Below, one piece after another: positions 28,079 to 38,009 of a stretch of 64,000 nucleotides of DNA; within the stretch, counting starts at the first letter, position 1, and each line of letters opens with the position of its first letter. The DNA is taken from contig JAQBGU010000012.1 of assembly GCA_032128375.1 (NCBI GenBank), positions 32,001 through 96,000 on the forward strand, written 5' to 3'. A program made the translations under genes and the position numbers. The notes under the pieces are model-generated. The model was given only the letters and a program-made list of their open reading frames with translations, was not told the origin of the DNA and searched no databases. Origin of the DNA: Deltaproteobacteria bacterium (lineage in GTDB: Bacteria > Myxococcota_A > UBA9160 > SMWR01).

Positions 28079-29239
28079 TTGAGAGTGCTGCTGTATACCG
28101 GCAAGGGAGGCGTGGGAAAGACAAGCCTCTCGGTAGCGACGGCGCTGGGCGCGGCGCGGCATGGACACAGGGTGTTTCTGTTGTCGACCGATTCTGCCCA
28201 CAACCTGGGTGACGTGTTGGGCCGACCCGTTGGAGCCCGGCCAGTGGAGGTCGCGGAGCGAGTAACCGCTCAAGAGGTCGACGTTTTGACCGAGCTCGAC
28301 CGGTCGTGGTCGCAGATCCAGGACTGGCTGCGAGAACTGATGCGCCCAGGTAGTGACGATATGGTCGTTGACGAGTTGTTGGTCTTCCCTGGGATGGAGG
28401 AGCTCGTGGCTCTGCGTGCGGTCCGAGAGGTCGAAGCGACCGGAGACTACGACGTGTGTGTCGTCGATTGCGCGCCGACCGGGTCCACGCTGCGGATGCT
28501 GCGCTTCCCGGATGTGTTACGGATCTTCATGGAGAATTTTTTCGACTGGAAGCGCAAGGCGGCACGGCTGATTCGCCCGGTCGCGACGCGCATTGGTGCG
28601 GATATATTCGTCCCGGGCGACGAGGTATTCGCCGCGTTTGAGCGGTTGTATCGCGAAGTCGAAGACGTCCGACAGATCCTGATGGACACCGATCGCACCA
28701 GCGCGCGGTTGGTCGTGAACCCTGCGCGCGTCGTCGTCGACGAGACGCGGCGTTCATTCGCGTACCTGAACCTTTACGGCGTTGCAACCGATGCGGTGTT
28801 GGTCAACAGGGTCTTGCCCCCTGAGGCGACCGGCGGCTATTTCGCTCGGTGGGCGAAGCGGGAGCAGCTCGAGCTCGCGGAGATCGAGCAGTCGTTCCCG
28901 GTCCCGCAGTTCCACGCTCCGCTCTATTCCAGCGAGCCGATCGGAGTGAACGCACTCGATCGACTTGCAACTGAGACCTTCGGCGACCGCGACCCAGCGC
29001 AGTTCTTTACGCGCTCGCGCCCAATCCGGCTGACGAAGCGCGGAGAACAAACGGTGCTGGAAATCGAACTCGTCAATGCTGAGTCGAGCGAACTCGATAT
29101 CTCGCTTCGCGGAGACCAGTTGTACGTTCGTGTACGCGATATCCAGCGGCGAATCTGTGTCCCAGACTCGGTCGCGGGCCGCAGCGTCGCTTCTGCCCGG
29201 ATGAATAACGGTGTGTTGGAAGTGGCCTTCGAGGCCTGA
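28079..29239 (+). CDS. ArsA/Get3 family ATPase with C-terminal HSP20-like domain (copy 2)
   Basis: YTGKGGVGKTS, STDSAHNL, FPGMEE, VDCAPTG; tail ELDISLRGDQLYVRV; TTG 1 nt after the copy 1 stop. Confidence 0.9.
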   Translation: MRVLLYTGKGGVGKTSLSVATALGAARHGHRVFLLSTDSAHNLGDVLGRPVGARPVEVAERVTAQEVDVLTELDRSWSQIQDWLRELMRPGSDDMVVDELLVFPGMEELVALRAVREVEATGDYDVCVVDCAPTGSTLRMLRFPDVLRIFMENFFDWKRKAARLIRPVATRIGADIFVPGDEVFAAFERLYREVEDVRQILMDTDRTSARLVVNPARVVVDETRRSFAYLNLYGVATDAVLVNRVLPPEATGGYFARWAKREQLELAEIEQSFPVPQFHAPLYSSEPIGVNALDRLATETFGDRDPAQFFTRSRPIRLTKRGEQTVLEIELVNAESSELDISLRGDQLYVRVRDIQRRICVPDSVAGRSVASARMNNGVLEVAFEA

Positions 29240-30036
29240 TGGCGGAATCCTTCGAGCCGCGTTGGCGCGATGCTCGTCGAATCGTCTCGTTGGTTCCGAG
29301 CCTGACGGAGGCGCTATTCGCGCTCGAGCTTGGCGATCGGGTCGTTGGAGTAACCGAATGGTGTATTCACCCGGCAAGCCGAGTTGCGGGACTGCCCAAG
29401 GTTGGGGGCACGAAGACCCCTTCGGTTTCTCAGATCGTTGCGCTGCGTCCGTCGCTGGTGATCGCGAACCACGAGGAAAACCCCGAGCGCGTCGTGGTTG
29501 CGCTGACAGCCCTTGGCATCGATGTCTGGGTCACCTATCCCAGGACGCTACGCGACGGAGTGGTGCTGCTGAGAGAGCTTGCCGACCTCGGCGCCGGACC
29601 AGCGGCCGTGGAAGACGTGGTCGCCCCTTGTGCAAGGGCGCTCGAGCGAGCGGAGCGGGAACAGCGGGGGCGGCCGGTCCGGGTCTTCTGTCCGATCTGG
29701 AAGAAGCCGTGGATGTCGGTCGGTGGGGATACCTACGCGTCGGACCTGCTACGTCTGTGCGGCGGAACCAATGTGTTCGCTGACCGAGGTGATCGCCGCT
29801 ACCCGATCGTCGAGATGTCAGACATCGTTGCCGCCGAGCCCGACGTCGTTCTACTACCCGACGAGCCCTATGAGTTTGGCCCGCGCGATGTAGGCGAACT
29901 CGCCCAACTCGCGATTCCGGCGGCGCGAAACCATCGAATTCACGCTATCGATGGAACCCTGATTTCGTGGTATGGACCGAGGATTGCCAGAGCGATCGAA
30001 ACAGTCCAAGCTTTGTTGAGGGATGAACCAGACTGA
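29239..30036 (+). CDS. Helical-backbone metal receptor (BtuF/cobalamin-binding-like), no signal peptide
   Basis: RIVSLVPSLTE, VGVTEWC, VGGTK, ANHEEN, LPDEPY, SWYGPR. Confidence 0.85.
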   Translation: MAESFEPRWRDARRIVSLVPSLTEALFALELGDRVVGVTEWCIHPASRVAGLPKVGGTKTPSVSQIVALRPSLVIANHEENPERVVVALTALGIDVWVTYPRTLRDGVVLLRELADLGAGPAAVEDVVAPCARALERAEREQRGRPVRVFCPIWKKPWMSVGGDTYASDLLRLCGGTNVFADRGDRRYPIVEMSDIVAAEPDVVLLPDEPYEFGPRDVGELAQLAIPAARNHRIHAIDGTLISWYGPRIARAIETVQALLRDEPD

Positions 30037-30226
30037 TATCAACATGCGGGCATTTGGCAACAATACATTCGGGCTGCATGCTCGAAGCGAGCAACATGAA
30101 CGCACATTGCAACACAAGCCCAATTCAGTGTTCAAGTTTGCCGCTGACAGCCCGAAGAGAGTCAAAGCAATTCCGGCGACCCTTCAAGATCGATTGTCGG
30201 CGCCTTGCAACGAGGACCACCGAATC

Positions 30227-31921
30227 GTGACCGATACCCAGATTCGTCGCAAACGCAAAAGAGGAAACTGGCTGCTGAGCGCACTGCGCGTCGCGGCCCC
30301 GGTCGCCCTCGTTGTCTCACTTGCAGCGCCTGTATTTGCGGCGCAAATCGTCCAGGTCAGGGTTGGGAATCACCCCACTTTTTCACGCGTAGTGTTCGAG
30401 TTGGACACCCATGCCGGTTACCAGATCGAATCGCGAGGCGTTCCCGACAGCAAGGTGTTGGCGGTCCTGATAGACGCAGATTCGCGCAATCGCGACGTGA
30501 TCTCGAAGAGCCTCGGCATCGGTTCGGTTACCGTCGAAGCAGTCGGTGGCAAGTCGCTTGTGCTGGTTACGCTGCGACGCGACGACCTAGTGATCAAAGA
30601 GATGATCCTCTCGAATCCGCCGCGCATCGTGTTGGACTTCCGATACCCGGACCTCGCACCGGCTGCGAAGATCGCATCGACGAGTTCTGGTTCTGCGCCG
30701 ATCGGCGACGCGCCTGCACCTGTGACCGCAGAGCCCGTATCAATCGAGCCCGAGACGCTTGAGTCCGTGCACGTCGAACCCGTGCCGATCCGATCGGAAC
30801 CCGTTGCAGTCGCCCCGGTAGTTGTAGTTGCGTCACCCGCGGTTTCCGACCCGGACCCGGACCCGGACCCGGAGCTGGAGCTGGAGCCGGAGCTGGAGCC
30901 CGAACCCGAGATCGTTGTGGTCGCCGAGCCGGAACCCAGCGACGAACCGATCGATGACTCCCAGCCGGGTAACGAGTTTGCTGCCGGCGCGAATGCCGCC
31001 ACGCCTTCGCCGGATCCCACAATCGGCGACTCGATGATTGATACGCCACAGACACAAGCCTCTACCGTCGAGCACGCTACGGTCGCTAAAACGGCGACCG
31101 AGAAGCTGCTCGCGCCCGTGGCAGTTCGAACTCGAGCGAGTGTCCCAGTCGAAAAGCCGCGCGGCATCGCGCAATCACCGATCCCGCAATCACGGGACGC
31201 GCAGCAGCCTGAATCGAACATGGCGCTGATCGCGGCTATCGGAGCCGGCGTGCTGCTGGTAGCCGGCGTAGTACTGGTGATGAAGCGACGCGCTTCGCTT
31301 CCCAACGATCTGGATTTCGCGGCTCTACCCAATGAGTTCGCGAATTACGATGAGCCCGCCCCGGTGACGCGGATCGAGTCAGAAGCTACGGAGATTATTC
31401 GGATCCCGAAAGTGGGATTTGAGGTGCCTGATGTCACCGCAGTCATCGCGTTGACGGACGACTCTAGGGCCGACGTCGGCGACGCGGCTGTGCAGGTTTC
31501 TGAAGCAAACACCGCGGCGTACTCGCTCAGCGAGGTCTCCGAAAATGTAGCGAGAGCGGGTACCGAATTGTTCGATGAGGACCCCGAAGGAGAGAAGCAG
31601 ATGGACATGGAAGCCAACGACCTGCCGGCACAGCGCGGAGCATTCGCGGCGTCACCGGCCCACTCTAGCAGTGGCGACTCCGCGGACAGAAAACTCGCCT
31701 CGATGGTTCAGGAGCTGATGACCCGGCTGGGCACACTCGAAACGCGCCTCGAAGAGTCGAACGAAGCCAGAGAACGCTTGGAGAACCAGGTTGCCGCGCA
31801 GAGCGAGGAGCTTCGTGTGCAGCGGGCCGCCATCGCTCGAACGCAGCGAGCGCTGCGCAGCCTCAGCAGGACCGACGAAGATCAGGCCACCGAGCCCGCC
31901 TTGCGTAATCCTTCGGCCTGA
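30227..31921 (+). CDS. AMIN-like domain bitopic protein with Pro/Glu-rich linker, TM and C-terminal coiled coil
   Basis: Signal ending VFA; VRVGNHPTFSRVVFELD, LSNPPRIVLDF; (DP)n(EP)n; TM then KRR; heptad-like tail; GAGGA before GTG 30227. Confidence 0.7.
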   Translation: MTDTQIRRKRKRGNWLLSALRVAAPVALVVSLAAPVFAAQIVQVRVGNHPTFSRVVFELDTHAGYQIESRGVPDSKVLAVLIDADSRNRDVISKSLGIGSVTVEAVGGKSLVLVTLRRDDLVIKEMILSNPPRIVLDFRYPDLAPAAKIASTSSGSAPIGDAPAPVTAEPVSIEPETLESVHVEPVPIRSEPVAVAPVVVVASPAVSDPDPDPDPELELEPELEPEPEIVVVAEPEPSDEPIDDSQPGNEFAAGANAATPSPDPTIGDSMIDTPQTQASTVEHATVAKTATEKLLAPVAVRTRASVPVEKPRGIAQSPIPQSRDAQQPESNMALIAAIGAGVLLVAGVVLVMKRRASLPNDLDFAALPNEFANYDEPAPVTRIESEATEIIRIPKVGFEVPDVTAVIALTDDSRADVGDAAVQVSEANTAAYSLSEVSENVARAGTELFDEDPEGEKQMDMEANDLPAQRGAFAASPAHSSSGDSADRKLASMVQELMTRLGTLETRLEESNEARERLENQVAAQSEELRVQRAAIARTQRALRSLSRTDEDQATEPALRNPSA

Positions 31922-31928
31922 TTCTCAT

Positions 31929-32804
31929 TCAGACCCAATCCAGGCTAGGGGCGCTAAGCGGCTCGGGTTGCACCGTTGCAAGCGCCAGGCTCAGCGCGCC
32001 CAGCGCTCCGGCATACTCGGGCGTTTTCAAGAACACCGCCTCCTGCCCGCGCACCGCCGCCATCACATGCAGTACGTCGACCAACGACGAGTTGTTTCGC
32101 AGCGTGGAACCTCCGTACACGATGCGATTCACATTCACCGAAGACGCGAGACCGCCGCAGATCAATCCGATGTTTTCTCCGACCATTCCGACGACCGAGT
32201 GCGCCAGGTCATCGGGACCCGTGTGGTCCGCGATGTCAGGGTTCGCCAATTTGGCGAACGAAGCAGCGTTCAAGTCTCCGGGCAGCGGCAGTTCTCCACT
32301 CGGATAAATGTCCGAAACCAGCAGGTCGACATTCCGCCGGTCTCCGCGAGATGCGAGTTCGATCACCTGTTCGAAGCTTGTGGCCCCTGTCAGTGCGGCC
32401 CCGAGTCCAAACAGGGTCCCACCGCCAAGTGCGGTTCCTCCCACCCGGATGACTTCATCGCCTCGTACCAGCATCGCCGACGTTCCGGTTCCCAAGGATA
32501 CGAGCAGAAATGGCTCACGCGATTCGCGTTCTTCCCGCCGCAGCATCTCGATTGCGCCGCGCCCCCAAGCAGCGAACTCATCGGTTCTGCAGCAGGCGTG
32601 TGCAAGTTGGCCGGCGAGCAAGGCCGCCCCACCGCCCGTGAGGCCGACGCAGACGGGCGCGAGCGACTCGATCTCCGCAGCGACTCTCTCGATGGCCCGA
32701 GTCGGGATCATCCGAAACCTCGTGATCCCGTCGTCCCCCCGAATCGCGAGTTTGGCTAGCGTGGCGCCGACGTCGGCGCCCACGGCCACGTCCCGACTGT
32801 GCAA
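31929..32804 (-). CDS. coaW: Type II (Fumble/CoaW-like) pantothenate kinase
   Basis: GADVGATLAK, LTGGGA, DEFAAWGRG, VSLGTGTS, GGTALGGGT, VDLLVSDIY, AASFAK, YAGALGA; start uncertain (32789-32804). Confidence 0.85.
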   Translation of the reverse strand: MHSRDVAVGADVGATLAKLAIRGDDGITRFRMIPTRAIERVAAEIESLAPVCVGLTGGGAALLAGQLAHACCRTDEFAAWGRGAIEMLRREERESREPFLLVSLGTGTSAMLVRGDEVIRVGGTALGGGTLFGLGAALTGATSFEQVIELASRGDRRNVDLLVSDIYPSGELPLPGDLNAASFAKLANPDIADHTGPDDLAHSVVGMVGENIGLICGGLASSVNVNRIVYGGSTLRNNSSLVDVLHVMAAVRGQEAVFLKTPEYAGALGALSLALATVQPEPLSAPSLDWV

Positions 32805-32857
32805 AGGATCCGCTTTCTGAATCAATGGGTTAGACTTCCACCGATGGTGATCTGAGA

Positions 32858-33883
32858 ATGTATACCGCGTTCTACGGGCTTCGCGAAAAGCCCTTCTCAC
32901 TGACCCCCGATCCGCGCTTTCTATTCCTATCTGCTTCGCATCGCGAGGCATTGGCTCACGTTCTGTATGGAATCGAACAGGGTGAAGGGTTCATCGCACT
33001 CACGGGTGAGGTGGGCACGGGAAAGACGACCCTTTGCCGGACGTTGCTGCAGAAGATCAGCGACGAAACGGAGGTCGCCTTTGTCTTCAACCCGACCCTG
33101 ACCGGCGTGGAATTGCTGCGAGTCATCAGTTCCGAATTCGGGTTGCCGGTCGAAGGCTGCACGCGCGCCGACCTGGACAACCAACTCAACCAGTTTTTGC
33201 TCGATACCAACCGCGCGGGGCGTCGTGCGCTGCTGATCGTGGACGAAGCCCAAAACCTCGCGCCGGCGACTCTCGAGGAGATCAGACTGCTGTCGAACCT
33301 CGAGACTTCGACTTCCAAGTTGCTGCAGATTCTGCTGTTCGGTCAGCCGGAGCTCGACGAGATGCTGGATTCCCGCGAACTGCGTCAGCTCCGGCAGCGC
33401 ATCACCGTGCGCTGGGCATTGGAACCATTGAGCGCGAGCGAAACTGGCGAGTACATCCGGCACCGGCTGCGGGTCGCCGCCCAGCGAGATTGCGACCTGT
33501 TCGACACTCGCGCGATTCGCGCGATCTGCAGGCGTTCCAACGGTATTCCCCGATTGATCAACGTGCTGTGTGATCGCGCCCTGTTGATCGGCTATGCGGA
33601 CCGCCAAACCCGGTTGGGCAAAACCGCGATCAACAAGGCCGCCGAAGAAATCATGCGGGTGCGAAGACGCATGGGCTGGCCGCGCGTTTTGTTTCCGGCG
33701 GTTTTGATCGCGGTGAGTCTCGCTGCGCTCGCCTGGTTGGGCTTCGGTTGGATCAACAAGCCACCGGCCGTATCAGCCGCGCCGCCCTCTGTACGCACGC
33801 CGGACTCTGTCGCTTTCGAGCCGCCAGATTCCACGGCGGCCATCAAAGAGCAGGTTCCAAATACACCCGAGGTGCTCCCGTGA
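32858..33883 (+). CDS. ExeA/GspA family AAA ATPase
   Basis: MYTAFYGLREKPFSLTPDPRF, TGEVGTGKT, IVDEAQNL, GQPEL, GIPRLINVLCDRAL; C-terminal TM. Confidence 0.93.
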   Translation: MYTAFYGLREKPFSLTPDPRFLFLSASHREALAHVLYGIEQGEGFIALTGEVGTGKTTLCRTLLQKISDETEVAFVFNPTLTGVELLRVISSEFGLPVEGCTRADLDNQLNQFLLDTNRAGRRALLIVDEAQNLAPATLEEIRLLSNLETSTSKLLQILLFGQPELDEMLDSRELRQLRQRITVRWALEPLSASETGEYIRHRLRVAAQRDCDLFDTRAIRAICRRSNGIPRLINVLCDRALLIGYADRQTRLGKTAINKAAEEIMRVRRRMGWPRVLFPAVLIAVSLAALAWLGFGWINKPPAVSAAPPSVRTPDSVAFEPPDSTAAIKEQVPNTPEVLP

Positions 33884-34953
33884 GCACGATCCTCAAAGCG
33901 CTGCAACAACTCGAAGATGAAAAGCGTGACAAACCCGAATTGACACTGGAACAACAGATCACGATGACGCGGCCGCCGGAGTCTAATCGGCGCTCGTTGA
34001 TGTTGGCGGGAAGCGCTGCCAGTAGCATCGCCGTCGCGCTAGCAGCGATGTACTTTTGGATGGCTCCAAATTCGGCGACAGACATCGAATCGGAAGCGGT
34101 CGCCGCCTCGCCAACACGTCCCAGTACTTCGCTTGTGGTACCGCCGCGTCCCAGCCCTTCGGGTTCCGCCCAGCTCGACCAATCAAGGCTCGAAGTGCCT
34201 TCGAAAGTCGCGGGATCGTTGAAGTTTTCACCGGGAGGATCGACGCAGTCACCGCGAACGGCATCGGGCACCGACTCAGAAGTCCAGGTAGTTAGGCGGC
34301 TCGCGCGAACGCCCGAGATCGAACGGCCCTCGCCGCCCGTCTCCCGAGAAAATCTCGCGCTACGCGAGCGCTACCTCGAACGGGCCAACTCGGCCGACAA
34401 GACCCGCGACCCTTCATCGGCTAGAGACGTTGTCTCGTCGCGCCTCGCCGCCCTGGCGGCAAGGTCCGCGATTGACAGCGGAACTCCATCCGGCAACAGC
34501 GGCAACGTGACACATCACGGCACTCTTCCCCAGAGTCCCCAGAGCAGCCCGCGCCCCGAGCGTAGCCGCACCCGGCCAACCGAATCGGCACGGGCTGCGA
34601 CCGTGAGCGAGCCCGCCGCCACGCAGCAATCACCGGGTAGCCCAGTCGCCCGAGCTGAACCGGTTAGCGCCGCGCCGACGCCCGCGATCGTCACTAGGCC
34701 CGCGACCGGACGCGCGGTAGAGCCCGATCACAAGGTGATCCTACGCGCGAAGCTCCCGGAGCTCAAGGTGCGTAGCACCGTCTGGCATCCGCAGGGAAGT
34801 CGTCGGGTTGCGATGGTCGAGGTCGACGCAGCAGCAGCGCTCGAGTTGAACGAGGGCGACTCGGTCGGGCCGCTCGTCGTCGAATCGATCACGCCGGGTG
34901 GCGTCGTGTTCAGCCACGACGGAGTCTCGGTGCTGCATAAAGTCGGTCGCTGA
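33880..34953 (+). CDS. ExeB/GspB-like protein
   Basis: MSTILKALQQLE N-terminus, TM, Pro/Ser linker, C-terminal LKVRSTVW..RVAMV..EGDSV..VESITPGGVVF; GTGA overlap with the ExeA gene. Confidence 0.8.
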   Translation: MSTILKALQQLEDEKRDKPELTLEQQITMTRPPESNRRSLMLAGSAASSIAVALAAMYFWMAPNSATDIESEAVAASPTRPSTSLVVPPRPSPSGSAQLDQSRLEVPSKVAGSLKFSPGGSTQSPRTASGTDSEVQVVRRLARTPEIERPSPPVSRENLALRERYLERANSADKTRDPSSARDVVSSRLAALAARSAIDSGTPSGNSGNVTHHGTLPQSPQSSPRPERSRTRPTESARAATVSEPAATQQSPGSPVARAEPVSAAPTPAIVTRPATGRAVEPDHKVILRAKLPELKVRSTVWHPQGSRRVAMVEVDAAAALELNEGDSVGPLVVESITPGGVVFSHDGVSVLHKVGR

Positions 34954-35097
34954 CGCTGGGGGTTTCCGGAAGATCCGTGGAGCGACAGGCGAAAATTTTT
35001 CAGCAGCCTGGTTGAGAAGTGATGCGCGGCGGGGGAGCGGGGGTCGACTCGCCTTGGGCCTGCGACGATTGTTGCATCGCGTCGCTCGTTCGAAGCG

Positions 35098-35985
35098 TCA
35101 GCGTAGTTCGATCGATCCGTTTGAAGTGCGAAGCTTGACCAGCGCTCCGCCCTCGCCTAGCCGGCCCACGACTCGGCCGTTGCTTTCGCGGGTACAGCGG
35201 CACAGTGGGCGGTCGTTGTGGATCGTACCGTTATCGACGCGCACATCGATATCGCAATCGACCTGATCGGGCAGCGCCAGAACGATCCGACCGTTGCTGG
35301 TCGCAAGTTGGACACCTTCCTCGCCTACGTTGTCCACCGAAACTCGAATCGAGCCATTCGACGTGGAGGCGTCGATCGAACCGCTGTGGTCTTCGAGTTC
35401 GATCTTCCCGTTGCGCGAGCGGGCGACCAAATGCCCACAGATGTGCGAGCAGAATACCTTCGCGTTGGAGGTTGTGACATTGACGTCGCCGACGATGTCG
35501 CGCAGGAAAGCGGCGCCGTTGGAAGAGCGCGCACTGACGGGGCCTTGCACTCCAACGACATCGAGTCGGCCGTTGGAACTCGTAAGTTCGACGGAAAGGT
35601 CGCGGGGTAGACGGATCTCCAGGTTGACGCAGCCGCGTCGGTTCCATTTGCGCGGGATCTCGATGTCGAGTTCGAGCACGCCAGCGATGACAGTCGACGC
35701 CACGTGAATCTCGTCGAGCAAAAACTCGGCGCCTTCTTTCGATTCTGCCAGCGCGATCTTCGTGATCCGGACTTCGATATCGTCTCGCTCTTCGCCCCAA
35801 ACCGCCGTACGCCCGTTCGAATTGTAAACGCTCAAGGAGCGGCTCTCGGTCACGTCGAGATTGAGGGTTTCCTCTCTTTCGAGACGTTCACTCCACGGGA
35901 TATTGGAGAAGAGGCTGCGAACAAAGCCGCTAAGGCCTCCTTCCGAACAGGTCTCTTCGCTTCGCTCGCGTCTCCGAGACGTCAT
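35098..35985 (-). CDS. DUF4097 beta-strand repeat protein
   Basis: Repeated xxS/TSNGxI units ending LRTSNGSIELR. Confidence 0.85.
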   Translation of the reverse strand: MTSRRRERSEETCSEGGLSGFVRSLFSNIPWSERLEREETLNLDVTESRSLSVYNSNGRTAVWGEERDDIEVRITKIALAESKEGAEFLLDEIHVASTVIAGVLELDIEIPRKWNRRGCVNLEIRLPRDLSVELTSSNGRLDVVGVQGPVSARSSNGAAFLRDIVGDVNVTTSNAKVFCSHICGHLVARSRNGKIELEDHSGSIDASTSNGSIRVSVDNVGEEGVQLATSNGRIVLALPDQVDCDIDVRVDNGTIHNDRPLCRCTRESNGRVVGRLGEGGALVKLRTSNGSIELR

Positions 35986-36014
35986 GGATTTTTCCTCATG
36001 CGGGCGCATGGGGT

Positions 36015-36767
36015 CTAGTGAAACTTGCGGCGCTCGTCTTGCTCGCGCTGGCGTTCAGATTCTTCGTACTTGACCGAACGCAGTTTCTGGCGCATTCGGT
36101 AGCGCTTCCACTTGTGTTTGACCTGCGAGAACGAAAGGGCGCCCGCATGTCCGGTTCTACGCATGTAGATCCATGCGACGACCACTCCCCCGAGATGGCC
36201 GATGTGACTGATGCTCTGACCGCCGCTGAACATGACGCTCATGATAAACAAGCCCGGAATCAACCAGATCGCACGAAACGCAACGGGCGGAAAGATCAGC
36301 GCGATCGTTCGGTCGGGCCAGGTCAACGAGTACGCAAGCAGCACCCCGTAAATGGCGCCCGATGCTCCGAGGGTGTGCTCGTAGATACCGATCGGGTCGA
36401 AGGGCAGCATGAAGTACGGGTAGGTCGCGATGAATATGCCGGCGCCTATGCCGCAGGTCATGTAGAAGCGCAGAAAGCGCTTGGGTCCCCACGCCATCGC
36501 CAGAGGTGTTCCGAACATCCAAAGTGAGAACATGTTCATTGCGATGTGACCGAAGCCGCTCGTACTGTGCATCCACATGTAGGTGAACGGTTGCCAGACG
36601 TATCCCTGCTCCCAGAATTCGGCCGGAACGATGCTGCCGTATTGGTTGACTGCGACCATAACGTGTTGCGCGATGAACACCGAGAGGTTTGCGATCAACA
36701 ATTGCTTGATGATCGGCGGCGTCATCGGCGGGCCGAAGCGCATCTGTTGTTGACCTCGTCCGTACAC
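36015..36767 (-). CDS. Rhomboid intramembrane serine protease
   Basis: WQPFTYMWMH, HIAMNM, GASG, SHIGHLGG. Confidence 0.93.
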   Translation of the reverse strand: MYGRGQQQMRFGPPMTPPIIKQLLIANLSVFIAQHVMVAVNQYGSIVPAEFWEQGYVWQPFTYMWMHSTSGFGHIAMNMFSLWMFGTPLAMAWGPKRFLRFYMTCGIGAGIFIATYPYFMLPFDPIGIYEHTLGASGAIYGVLLAYSLTWPDRTIALIFPPVAFRAIWLIPGLFIMSVMFSGGQSISHIGHLGGVVVAWIYMRRTGHAGALSFSQVKHKWKRYRMRQKLRSVKYEESERQREQDERRKFH

Positions 36768-37033
36768 TCTTACGCGACTCCTTGGGCGGGCATGTTCAGA
36801 AGCATGTCGCCCGATCGGCGATGGGTCGACCCCCTCCGCTTCAGTCCGTTCGAACGATTTTCGCTCAATCGTCAGCCTCCGGCATCCAATGGTTATTCGT
36901 CATGACCGAACTCGCGTCGGAGTGCCGAGAGCGTTCGGTACGAGTTGGCTGAACGTGACGTCTGGAAATCTTGGCTGTCTCGAGTGGGCGGAGTGGGCGC
37001 AGAACCCAGCGGAGCCAGAACAGCCTATGAACT

Positions 37034-37978
37034 CTAAGTGCCCGCGTCAACGTAGTTTTTCGGGGATAATTGCTCGAGGCATCGATGGCTTTCGGGTGCG
37101 TCGAGACCCGACAGGTCGATGATCGGTAGTGTCAGGTGCAGTGCGCTCGCGAGTGTCGTGATCTTCGCCCAGCACTCATCAGCGCTCCCGACCACCAGGG
37201 ATTCCGCAATTTCAGCGTCAGGGATCCAATGAAACCAAGGGTTTAGCCGGCGAAATGCGGCCAGTGAGGCCGCCAGGTCGGCGGTCTGCTGGATGCGGGT
37301 GAAGATCCACATCGAGCGGCCGATATGATCCGGGTTGCGGCCGCGTTCGCGACACGCACTGTCGAGGTGTCGTGCGGCCTCGCCGACGCGATCGGGCAGT
37401 GGCGGGAGGTTCACGTCCCAAACGTCCGCGTGTGACGCGACAACGTCGAGCATTCGTGGACCGCGAGCCGCGATCGCTATTGGGATCCGGCCCCCGGGGG
37501 GGAACGGCTGTACGGTAGCGCGGTCGAGTACGACATGACGACCCGATTGCGTGACTGCGACTCCCCGCCACAGTCCGCGAACGGCAGTCAGCATTTCGTC
37601 GAGCCACGCGATCCGCTCGCGCTGGCTCAGCTTCGACAGTCCGAAACGCTCATCACCTGGGCGATCGCCAATCGAGATGAGAAATCGCAGCCGGCCGGGA
37701 TGCAGTCTCTCTACGGTCGCAACAGACTGGGCGAGTTGCGCAGCGTTCCAATGGTGCACCAGCCTGATCGACCCGATTTCGATGCGTTCCGTCTGCCCTA
37801 GCAGCGCTGTAGTCGTCGTCCAACCGTTGAGCACATCGAACTTTCGGTCGCTGTCGAGCATCGAGATGTCGCCGTCGACGAACGCCGCGGCAAAACCGAG
37901 TTCCTCCGCGTGCTGCACCAGTGACAGCAACGTTTCCCAGCCGTGGACGTGCCACCCGAATGCCACGCCCAGCTTCAC
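37034..37978 (-). CDS. LLM-class flavin-dependent oxidoreductase
   Basis: AEELGF, TERIEIGS, PGRLRFLISIG, IPIAIAARGPRML. Confidence 0.82.
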   Translation of the reverse strand: MKLGVAFGWHVHGWETLLSLVQHAEELGFAAAFVDGDISMLDSDRKFDVLNGWTTTTALLGQTERIEIGSIRLVHHWNAAQLAQSVATVERLHPGRLRFLISIGDRPGDERFGLSKLSQRERIAWLDEMLTAVRGLWRGVAVTQSGRHVVLDRATVQPFPPGGRIPIAIAARGPRMLDVVASHADVWDVNLPPLPDRVGEAARHLDSACRERGRNPDHIGRSMWIFTRIQQTADLAASLAAFRRLNPWFHWIPDAEIAESLVVGSADECWAKITTLASALHLTLPIIDLSGLDAPESHRCLEQLSPKNYVDAGT

Positions 37979-38009
37979 CGGCTAGCCGACTGCCGAGCGA
38001 CGCGGGCCG

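Noticed and set aside
26896..29239. Arsenic-resistance operon
   Set aside because: No arsB, acr3, arsC, arsD or arsR nearby; these are single-NBD proteins with HSP20-like tails
36768..37033. ncRNA or small ORF in the 265-bp gap upstream of the rhomboid gene
   Set aside because: No recognisable structure, motif or RBS-supported ORF
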